Of a stretch of DNA of 64,000 nucleotides, positions 26,157-33,805 are shown piece after piece. The DNA is from a virus. The translations under genes and the position numbers were made by a program. The notes under the pieces were generated by a model. The model was not told the origin of the DNA. It saw only the letters and a list, made by a program, of their open reading frames with translations, and searched no databases. The stretch spans positions 28,727-92,726 of IMG/VR virus record IMGVR_UViG_3300005077_000936; one strand, 5' to 3'. Each line of letters begins with the position of its first letter. The first letter of the stretch is position 1.

Positions 26157-26228
26157 GGTCTTATAGTTCAATGGATAGAACAAAGGTCTTCTAAACCTTA
26201 AATATGAGTTCGATTCTCATTAAGACTA
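26157..26228 (+). tRNA. trnR: tRNA-Arg(TCT), intact
   Basis: GGTCTTA/TAAGACT, GTTC/GAAC with A20, AAGGT-CTTCTAA-ACCTT, ATGAG-TTCGATT-CTCAT, discriminator A. Confidence 0.92.
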
Positions 26229-26238
26229 CAAAGATAAT

Positions 26239-26298
26239 AAATGAATAGATTAAATCCTTCTAAGGCAGGGGTTATTGGTTTGAATCCAATAGGGGGTA
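26239..26298 (+). pseudogene. 3' part of the disrupted tRNA-Arg(TCT)
   Basis: CTTCTAA loop (26257-63) with a decayed stem, ATTGG-TTTGAAT-CCAAT T-arm, AGGGGGT-A. Confidence 0.75.
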
Positions 26299-26299
26299 C

Positions 26300-27178
26300 A
26301 TGAAAAGAGTGACTAAATATCAAAGAAGGGAGAATGCAAAAGCATTTCTAAGAGGTATTTATTCACGATTTACAACTGAGTGGATTTCATATAAAGATAT
26401 AAAAGTCAGATACTTTGCTAAGAAAAATCATATTGAAGGAAGATTACAGAGAGTATTGATGGCAAATGAGTTTATTATTCAAAAACGCAAGTATAAAATT
26501 AAGCATCCTGATTTTCCAACTGATGAAGTTATAGATAGTTATCTTGAAATTGCAGCAAAGCAAAGATTGGAAGAAGCAAGGATATTATTCAATAAACTTA
26601 CACCTGAGCAGAAGAGTGAGAATTACAAAAGAAGATATGCCAGAGTTCAGGCTTTTAGAAAGAAGAAACAAGACTTTTATTCTCTCTTTGATCAGAAGGC
26701 TCTGGAAGAGATAGATAATAATTGCAGAGCATTGCTTCATAAATATTCTTGTAGCTATGACAAAGATGATCTTATACAAGACAGTTTATTATTAGCTTTG
26801 CAAAAAAAGGAAATGTTCTCTCCTACCTCTGCAAAATTTTCTACATGGGTAACTAAAATTGCACAGAATCTTGTTATGCAGAAAATACAAAAAGATAAAA
26901 GGATTGTTCCTGTTTTACCTCCTCCTGAAGAAGAAAGAGAACATGAGTTGACAGATAAGGAGAAATTAGCCCTAAGATACTATTCAGTACTTACCCCCTC
27001 TCAGAAACGCTTATTTGAGCTTGTAGGAGATGGTATGAGATATGCTGATATAGCAAAGAAACTTAATTACTCTTCAGCAGGGTATGTAAAATTTCTTGTA
27101 GGTAAACTTCGTAAAAGAATAAAAACCAAAATCAATGAAAGGATTAATATGGGTGGCACTATTGTTTTTAACAATTAA
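26300..27178 (+). CDS. sigma70/ECF-like factor with ~135-aa N-terminal extension
   Basis: Region 2 DDLIQDSLL...AKFSTWVTKIAQN; region 4 LTPSQKRLFELVGDGMRYADIAKKL. Confidence 0.75.
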   Translation: MKRVTKYQRRENAKAFLRGIYSRFTTEWISYKDIKVRYFAKKNHIEGRLQRVLMANEFIIQKRKYKIKHPDFPTDEVIDSYLEIAAKQRLEEARILFNKLTPEQKSENYKRRYARVQAFRKKKQDFYSLFDQKALEEIDNNCRALLHKYSCSYDKDDLIQDSLLLALQKKEMFSPTSAKFSTWVTKIAQNLVMQKIQKDKRIVPVLPPPEEEREHELTDKEKLALRYYSVLTPSQKRLFELVGDGMRYADIAKKLNYSSAGYVKFLVGKLRKRIKTKINERINMGGTIVFNN

Positions 27179-27524
27179 TGCCTTTTCACAAGAGTATCTC
27201 AGAGATACAAGATATGTAGGCATGATCAGGGTAACAGACCCTGATAATGTTAACCGCAAACCAGAGAAATATCAAAGGTTTATATTTGCTATTGTAGAAG
27301 GAAATGAGAAGGGTTTCTTTGTCCTTGACAGCATTACAGGAGAGTTAAGGGTCTTTAAGAAAATTGATGAATATGTAAGAGACCAGAAAACTTTCAAAAT
27401 CACTGTTCTTGTAACAGATAATGGCAATCCACCACTGGCTACCAAATCTGACTTCTATATAGACGTCAGAAAATACCTGCGTTTTGAAATTACAACAAAA
27501 GAGAAAACATTTATAATTAACTAA
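27135..27524 (+). CDS. secreted single cadherin-like domain protein
   Basis: Signal peptide MKGLIWVALLFLTINAFS; VG.IRVTDPD, FAIVEGNEKGFFVLDSITGELRV, ITVLVTDNGNPPL. Confidence 0.8.
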   Translation: MKGLIWVALLFLTINAFSQEYLRDTRYVGMIRVTDPDNVNRKPEKYQRFIFAIVEGNEKGFFVLDSITGELRVFKKIDEYVRDQKTFKITVLVTDNGNPPLATKSDFYIDVRKYLRFEITTKEKTFIIN

Positions 27525-27525
27525 C

Positions 27526-28212
27526 ATGATAGTAGATATCTTTTACAAGTCATATAAAGCTGACTATAAATGGCTCTATGCTTCACTGGAATCTGTAAAG
27601 AAATATCTCACAGGATACAATCATATACATGTTGTTATTCCAAAACATGAAAGAAGGTATATTAAGATTCCAGAAGGTATTCAAAACCTTACTATTTATG
27701 ATGTAAGTGAGTATGGCAATACTTATCTTTATCAGCAGGTAGTGAAGATGCAAGCATCACTTTATACTGGTGCTGATTATATTCTATACATGGACTCTGA
27801 TTGCATTGCAGAATTACCTACTGATATAAATGATTATATTATAGATGGTAAGCCTGTTATATACTATACTCCTTATGATAAAGTTGGAGATGCTATATGC
27901 TGGAAAGAACCTACTGAAAGATTTATAGGACATCCTGTAGAATATGAGTTCATGAGAAGATTGCCTCTAATCTATCATAGAAGTACCATAGAAGCTGTAA
28001 GGAAACTAAAACCTGATCTTGAATACTATATCATGAGCCAACAAAGCTTTTCAGAGTTTAATGCTATAGGAGCTTGGGCTTTTGAAAATCACAGAAGCTT
28101 ATATAGGTTCTTAAATACTGATGAATCAGAACTTGAAAGACCTATAGCAAAACAATGGCATTCATACACTCAATGGGAACAGTTTAAACAACAACAAAAT
28201 GAAAATAACTAA
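27526..28212 (+). CDS. GT-A fold glycosyltransferase-like protein (DUF6492-like)
   Basis: YLYQQVVKM, YILYMDSD (DxD), FSEFNAIG. Confidence 0.65.
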   Translation: MIVDIFYKSYKADYKWLYASLESVKKYLTGYNHIHVVIPKHERRYIKIPEGIQNLTIYDVSEYGNTYLYQQVVKMQASLYTGADYILYMDSDCIAELPTDINDYIIDGKPVIYYTPYDKVGDAICWKEPTERFIGHPVEYEFMRRLPLIYHRSTIEAVRKLKPDLEYYIMSQQSFSEFNAIGAWAFENHRSLYRFLNTDESELERPIAKQWHSYTQWEQFKQQQNENN

Positions 28213-28864
28213 AGAAGGATTTGCTATTGTAGAAAGAGATACTCATATAGGAAAATGGGTTGAACAATATGGAAGACTTGATTTTGATCAGAATGCTCTT
28301 CCAAGATATCTTCCTTTTTTCAAACAAGGAGATGTACTTCTTAATATAGGTGCTAATATAGGAGCTTATGCTTATGCATTCAAAGATAAGGCTTCTGAAA
28401 TACATTGTTTTGAACCTAATCAGGAAGCCTTTGATTGTCTTGTTCACAATCTCGGAAAGATAAATAATACTTTCCTGTTTAACTATGCTGTTGGAGAAGA
28501 AGGAATTCCTTATGTTCTTAATACAGAGGATGATAATATAGGAGCTGCTTTTATTAAAGAGTCTCCTGAATCTTCTCTGAGAACTATAAGTATTGATTCC
28601 ATGTACTGGATAAAGGTTGACTTTATTCTTATGGATTGTGAAGGATCAGAACTTGCTGTACTTAAAGGTGCTGAAAAAACAATCAATAATTTCCATCCTA
28701 TTATGGTAATTGAAATCAATGATGGAGCACTACAAAGAAATAATGTAACAAGACAAGATGTCTTTAAATGGCTTGAAGATCATGATTACACATTCAGAAA
28801 CATTTATGAGACTGAAGGCTTTGAATACATACAAATGGATATAATCTGTTTCCCTAAATCTTAA
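28199..28864 (+). CDS. FkbM-family SAM-dependent methyltransferase
   Basis: NIGANIG, FEPN, DFILMDCEGSELAVLKGA. Confidence 0.9.
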   Translation: MKITKEGFAIVERDTHIGKWVEQYGRLDFDQNALPRYLPFFKQGDVLLNIGANIGAYAYAFKDKASEIHCFEPNQEAFDCLVHNLGKINNTFLFNYAVGEEGIPYVLNTEDDNIGAAFIKESPESSLRTISIDSMYWIKVDFILMDCEGSELAVLKGAEKTINNFHPIMVIEINDGALQRNNVTRQDVFKWLEDHDYTFRNIYETEGFEYIQMDIICFPKS

Positions 28865-28869
28865 TTGCT

Positions 28870-29685
28870 ATGAAACTTGATCTTACATCACTTCCCGTAT
28901 TTATTTCTTCCTGTGACAGTCCAAAATTTCAGGAAAGGCGTGATAAGCTTCTTCCTGTACTTGACAAACTTGGATTTAACATAAAAGAAATAGTAAAAGG
29001 AGTGCCAATGCCTAATCATATGTATGGTGCATTCCTTAACATGAATAAGATCATTAAGAGAAACAGGTCACCTTTCATTGTGCTTGAAGATGACTGTTGC
29101 CTTAATGAAGAAAACTACCAGCCTGTTATCGAAATTCCTGATAACACTGATATCCTCTATCTTGGAGGATCTGCACATGCATCATTACAATATGTTCCTG
29201 AGAAAGGAGTATTATTGAATAATGCCTATGGATTCAATAACTCAAGAGTTGCTTATATGCCTATAAATAAGGATTATGTAAGACTCTTTAGTATGTATTC
29301 TGGTCATGCTATTCTCTATGTTACAGAGAAAGGAAGAAATGCCTTCCTGTATCATATGAATATATACACCAAGATTGCATTTGATATGGCATTTTCTCTT
29401 GCTATGCCAAAGATAAATGTGATGATGCCAAGAAAGACTTTTTTCTTTCAGGATGATGGATACAATGATGCTTTTACAAAGCAGATTATTTATGATCATG
29501 AAGGAGAAATTGTTAACCTTAATGATCTGAAAGCATTCTCACCTTACACCTATCCCATAAGAAAAAGAGGAATGTTTGGTACAATAGGTGAACCAGAAAA
29601 AAAGGTAACTAAGAGAGTAAAGAAAGAAGTAAATCCAACTGAAGAAAAGCCAAAGAAAACTACCAGAAAAAAAACTAAAGAGTAA
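28870..29685 (+). CDS. GT25-like glycosyltransferase with Lys-rich tail
   Basis: FIVLEDD, ILYLG, HAILY, DMAFS. Confidence 0.7.
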   Translation: MKLDLTSLPVFISSCDSPKFQERRDKLLPVLDKLGFNIKEIVKGVPMPNHMYGAFLNMNKIIKRNRSPFIVLEDDCCLNEENYQPVIEIPDNTDILYLGGSAHASLQYVPEKGVLLNNAYGFNNSRVAYMPINKDYVRLFSMYSGHAILYVTEKGRNAFLYHMNIYTKIAFDMAFSLAMPKINVMMPRKTFFFQDDGYNDAFTKQIIYDHEGEIVNLNDLKAFSPYTYPIRKRGMFGTIGEPEKKVTKRVKKEVNPTEEKPKKTTRKKTKE

Positions 29686-29702
29686 ACAGTAAGCAGTTAA
29701 TT

Positions 29703-29734
29703 AAGGAAGGTATATTGTCTATGCCTTCCTTTTT
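29703..29734 (+). terminator. intrinsic terminator
   Basis: AAGGAAGGTATA/TATGCCTTCCTT followed by TTT. Confidence 0.75.
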
Positions 29735-29759
29735 GTGTCTAACAACTAAACCAAAATCA

Positions 29760-32366
29760 ATGGATAAACTACTTAAATATTTTCATGGTGATAATCTTGC
29801 AGCAAAAGTATGGAGGGACAAGTATCAGCTGAAGGATGATATGGAGAGACCTCTTGAAGAGACACCTGATGACATGCACAAAAGAATGGCAAAGGCAATC
29901 TTTGAGTCTGATACAAAGTATCTTACTATTGAAAAGTCTTCTCTTTACAGACATTATGATCAACTTTCCCATTATGGAAAAATAAGAGAAAGGCTTTCAG
30001 AAGAAAGTATATTTGATCTTCTCAAGGATTTCAAATATATTATTCCCGGTGGAAGTACCATGACCATGCTTGGCAATCATTATCAGATAGGAAGCCTGTC
30101 AAACTGTTTTGTAATAGGACAGCCTGATGATAGCTATGCAGGAATAATGAAGCTCAGAGAAGAGCAGGTTCAGCTCATGAAAAGAAGAGGCGGGGTAGGC
30201 AAGGATTTATCAAGTCTCAGACCAAGAGGAGCAAGGGTAAAGAATGCAGCCAAGAACTCTACAGGAGCATCCTCATTTATGAATGTGGACAGTGAGCTTA
30301 CAAGAGAGGTGGCACAGGATGGAAGAAGAGGTGCTTTAATGCTGACCATGGACATAAGGCATCCTGATGTGCTTGAATTTATTACTGCTAAGCAAGACAA
30401 GACCAAAGTAACAGGAGCAAACATCTCTGTGATGTTAAGGGATGACTTTATGGATGCAGTTATCAACGATAAGGATTACTATTTGAGATGGCCTGTTAAT
30501 TATGATGTAGTAAGTGGTACTGGTAATGTGACACCATATAATGAATTGGTTACATTTCATCAAACAAATGAAGGAAAAGGATTAAGTTTATATAATGGCA
30601 ATCCTATAGTATTTGTTAAGAGGATAAAAGCCAAAGAGTACTGGGATACAATCATTTCATGTGCACATGATTCTGCTGAACCCGGAATCATGTTCATTGA
30701 TAATCATTGGAATAATTCACCTGATGGAGTATATCCCAATTTCAGAGGGGTCACCACCAATCCATGTGGGGAAATATTTATGGGCCCATATGATGCATGC
30801 AGGCTTATAGCTGTTAATCTCTTCTCATTTGTAGATGATCCTTTTACTGAAAATGCAAAGTTTGATAGGGAAAAATTCTATCAGGTATGCTATGAACAGC
30901 TAAGGATTGCTGATGATATTATTGATCTTGAGGTTGAAGCAATCAATAACATTCTTGAGCATATTGGTGACAGATTCAGTACTGAATACAGGATGTGGGA
31001 GAAGATAAAAGAGACTACCTACAATGGCAGAAGAACAGGATGTGGAATAACAGGTCTTGGAGATATGCTTGCTGCACTTAATATTCTTTATGGAAGTCCT
31101 CTAAGTATGGAAATGATTGAAAAAGTCATGACTCTGAAAATGTCAGCAGAACTTGATGCTGGTATTGATCTTGCTATTCTTAGAGGAGCATTTCCTGAGT
31201 GGAATAAAAATCTTGAATTCATTGATGAAAGAGAGGAATGTGATATTGAGTTGTTACCAATGTATCTTCAGGGAGCAAACACATTCTACGTCAACTTAAA
31301 CCATAATTTTTCCGAAGATACTTTAAGAATGCATAGGTATGGCAGGAGAAATATATCATGGTCTACTGTTGCTCCTACAGGAACAATAAGCATGATGACT
31401 CAGACTACATCAGGAATTGAACCTTTATTCAATCAGTACTACATAAGAAGGGTAAAGATGATGAATAAGGAAGGAACTCCTGACCACATTGACCCCAATG
31501 ATGGTGAATGGTATAGGGAACATCTTGCTATTCATCCTAAGATATATCAGTGGTATAAGGAGCTTGGGTATGAAATTCCATTTGATGAGCATCCTATTGG
31601 TAAACAAAAGGAAATTATGGAAGCATCACCTTGGGCAAATTCTACATCAGATAAAATAGATCCTGAAACAAGGGTATTGATCCAGTCAATTATACAGCGT
31701 TATACTACCCATAGTATTTCTTCTACTGTTAATCTGCCTGAACATGCAAGTATCCATAACATTTCAAATATCTATAAGCAGGCTTGGGCAAATTCACTGA
31801 AAGGTATCACGGTATACAGAGATAAAAGCAGGGCAGGTGTAATAGTAAACAAGGATGAATTTACAACCCATAATGCCCCTAAAAGAGGGAAGGAGCTTGA
31901 GTCAAATTTTCATCAACTCAGAGTAAAAGGAGAGAAATTTGGAGTTGTTGTAGGTCTTAAGGATGGAAAGCCATTTGAAGTTTTTGCTTTTAGGGATGAG
32001 GATAAGAGGACTAAATTTATGAAAGGTATCACTACAAAGCAGAAAAAAGGAAGTTATATCTTTACTTCCTCTGATGGAAAATATCTTTATGATTGCCTGC
32101 AATGCCTTGATAATGTAGAGGAAAAAGCTGCTACTCTTTATGGTTCAATGCTGTTAAGACATGGTGCTCCAATTCCCTATATCATTAAGACAATGAAAAA
32201 GGTAAATGAAAACATAGTCTCATTCAGTGCTGCCATTACAAGGGTTCTTGCCAAGTATGTACCTGATGGTGTCAAGTCTGCTGAAAGCTGTCCAAGATGT
32301 GGTTCAAAGCTCACATTTGAGAATGGATGTGCAGTTTGCAAAGAGTGTGGTTATGATGCATGTTAA
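29760..32366 (+). CDS. nrdJ: class II (adenosylcobalamin-dependent) ribonucleotide reductase with C-terminal TSCPD/Zn-ribbon region
   Basis: LSNCFV, RRGGVG, RRGALM, TNPCGEI, TVAPTGTIS, SGIEP, terminal CPRC/CKECG; start refined to 29760. Confidence 0.93.
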   Translation: MDKLLKYFHGDNLAAKVWRDKYQLKDDMERPLEETPDDMHKRMAKAIFESDTKYLTIEKSSLYRHYDQLSHYGKIRERLSEESIFDLLKDFKYIIPGGSTMTMLGNHYQIGSLSNCFVIGQPDDSYAGIMKLREEQVQLMKRRGGVGKDLSSLRPRGARVKNAAKNSTGASSFMNVDSELTREVAQDGRRGALMLTMDIRHPDVLEFITAKQDKTKVTGANISVMLRDDFMDAVINDKDYYLRWPVNYDVVSGTGNVTPYNELVTFHQTNEGKGLSLYNGNPIVFVKRIKAKEYWDTIISCAHDSAEPGIMFIDNHWNNSPDGVYPNFRGVTTNPCGEIFMGPYDACRLIAVNLFSFVDDPFTENAKFDREKFYQVCYEQLRIADDIIDLEVEAINNILEHIGDRFSTEYRMWEKIKETTYNGRRTGCGITGLGDMLAALNILYGSPLSMEMIEKVMTLKMSAELDAGIDLAILRGAFPEWNKNLEFIDEREECDIELLPMYLQGANTFYVNLNHNFSEDTLRMHRYGRRNISWSTVAPTGTISMMTQTTSGIEPLFNQYYIRRVKMMNKEGTPDHIDPNDGEWYREHLAIHPKIYQWYKELGYEIPFDEHPIGKQKEIMEASPWANSTSDKIDPETRVLIQSIIQRYTTHSISSTVNLPEHASIHNISNIYKQAWANSLKGITVYRDKSRAGVIVNKDEFTTHNAPKRGKELESNFHQLRVKGEKFGVVVGLKDGKPFEVFAFRDEDKRTKFMKGITTKQKKGSYIFTSSDGKYLYDCLQCLDNVEEKAATLYGSMLLRHGAPIPYIIKTMKKVNENIVSFSAAITRVLAKYVPDGVKSAESCPRCGSKLTFENGCAVCKECGYDAC

Positions 32367-32386
32367 ACCAATAAATAGAAAAGAAT

Positions 32387-32890
32387 ATGGAAGTAACAGT
32401 AAAAATCAAGAAAGATAAAGACATTCTTTATTTGCCTGAATATGCAACAGAATTCAGTGCAGGAATTGATCTGAGAGCAAGCAGGCTTGATAAGGTTTAC
32501 AGTGGACAAAAAGAAGTTCCACTTGAGAAGCTAAAGTATAGCCTTGAAAAAGGATATTTTTCACTGAGAGGATTTGAAAGGGCAGTAGTAGGAACAGGAT
32601 TCTATCTTGAAATTCCTGAAGGCTATGTACTTGATATCAGGTCAAGAAGTGGAAATGCAGCAAAGAAGGGATTAATAGTTGCAAATTCACCGGGAACTAT
32701 TGATCCTGACTACAGAGGAGAAGTCATGGTCATACTATTCAATGCCACTAAATACTTATGCAGGATAACTCTTGGTGATGCCATTGCTCAGGCAGTACTG
32801 ATTCCTTTCTCAAGGATAATGTGGAATCATGTGGATGAGCTATCTGAAACAGCAAGGGGAACAGGTGGATTAGGGAGCACTGGAGTATGA
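32387..32890 (+). CDS. dut: dUTPase (trimeric)
   Basis: SAGIDL, RSG, GTIDPDYRGE, IAQ, RGTGGLGSTG. Confidence 0.95.
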   Translation: MEVTVKIKKDKDILYLPEYATEFSAGIDLRASRLDKVYSGQKEVPLEKLKYSLEKGYFSLRGFERAVVGTGFYLEIPEGYVLDIRSRSGNAAKKGLIVANSPGTIDPDYRGEVMVILFNATKYLCRITLGDAIAQAVLIPFSRIMWNHVDELSETARGTGGLGSTGV

Positions 32891-33654
32891 AAACAATTGT
32901 CCTTCAAACATTTAAGACAGAAAATATTCCTGAGTGGATAGAGTACTGTATGGCATCAGTAAAGAGCTGGGCACTAAGTAATGAGTACTCCTATAAAAGA
33001 CTTGGTGATGAGTTCTTTGACTATGTTCCAGAATGGGTGAATCAAGTTCATGGAAGAAAGTTCTATCCAAGAACTGATATTGCAAGACTATTGATGATCA
33101 AAGAGTATCTTATTGCTTATGAAAGAGTAATATGGGTTGATGCTGATGAATTTATCTTTAAACCTGAGGCAATCATTCTTCCTGAAAAATATGATTATCT
33201 CTTTTCTCTTGAATTCTATAAGGGAATGGCAAGCATTAATAACTCATTTCTCATGTTTACAAGAAAAGCAGAGAATACACTTGATCATTATATCAGAGTA
33301 GCACTTGCAAAATTCAGGACTCTTGGAATAATAACAAGAAGTGGAATAGGAGGAGATATGATAAAGAGTCTTGAAATACCAAAGTACTGTATCACATTTA
33401 ATGGGTTGATGAATAAAGATACTATACTTGCCCTTCAGCAGAATAATGTTCAGATACTGACTGATTATTCCAATACTTCAATGTTTGAACAATTCATGTT
33501 TAATGTGTCACTTTCACTTAACCATGATCCTATTGTAGTACTTTCAGCACTGAATAACATCTACAGAACAGGAGGAAGAATGTTTCACCCAAAGATATTC
33601 GGAGTTCCTGTAATCACTTATGATTCCACTTTTTTGCATTTTGGGCAAAGATAG
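32887..33654 (+). CDS. GT-A glycosyltransferase-like protein
   Basis: SVKSWALSNEYSY, RTDIAR, IWVDAD (DxD), INNS. Confidence 0.7.
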   Translation: MKTIVLQTFKTENIPEWIEYCMASVKSWALSNEYSYKRLGDEFFDYVPEWVNQVHGRKFYPRTDIARLLMIKEYLIAYERVIWVDADEFIFKPEAIILPEKYDYLFSLEFYKGMASINNSFLMFTRKAENTLDHYIRVALAKFRTLGIITRSGIGGDMIKSLEIPKYCITFNGLMNKDTILALQQNNVQILTDYSNTSMFEQFMFNVSLSLNHDPIVVLSALNNIYRTGGRMFHPKIFGVPVITYDSTFLHFGQR

Positions 33655-33781
33655 CCCTTTTGCGTGTAACTGGATTCTTGGAATGGGTAAGTTCTTCAGT
33701 GGACTTACCCGTTCTTTTCTTTGTAGCAGTAAACTTCCCTTTGTTCTCAGGTTTAATGTGAATTGAGGATTTCTTTGACAT
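33614..33781 (-). CDS. 55-aa basic protein missed by the ORF track (MSKKSSIHIKPENKGKFTATKKRTGKSTEELTHSKNPVTRKRAIFAQNAKKWNHK)
   Basis: Hand translation; IHIKPENKGKFT...KRA.FA.NA.KW.H is a pattern I recognise from crAss-like virion gene blocks; last gene of the - block. Confidence 0.75.
   Translation of the reverse strand: MSKKSSIHIKPENKGKFTATKKRTGKSTEELTHSKNPVTRKRAIFAQNAKKWNHK
33681..33720 (+). terminator. terminator of the + block, embedded in the antisense 55-aa ORF
   Basis: 14-bp stem GAATGGGTAAGTTC/GGACTTACCCGTTC followed by TTTTCT. Confidence 0.6.
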
Positions 33782-33805
33782 GGCTTACTAAAAAATTTAT
33801 GTTAC

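Larger units (their letters stand above)
25806..26238. mobile_element. HNH endonuclease plus tRNA-Arg(TCT) cassette inserted in the D-arm of a resident tRNA-Arg gene
   Basis: Flanked by the two halves of one tRNA; near-duplicated junction AACTGAATAGA (25794) / AAATGAATAGA (26239). Confidence 0.65.

Noticed and set aside
26291-26299. AGGGGG as a Shine-Dalgarno sequence for the sigma-like gene
   Set aside because: The spacing is only about 3 nt, the sequence is explained as the dead tRNA acceptor strand, and other genes here lack SD motifs.
7992-32366. Introns or inteins in polB, dnaB or nrdJ
   Set aside because: The ORFs are continuous, of expected size, and have normally spaced motifs; no intein terminal signatures were noticed.
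16493-32890. Uracil-substituted genome
   Set aside because: The phage encodes both UDG and dUTPase, which argues for normal thymine DNA.
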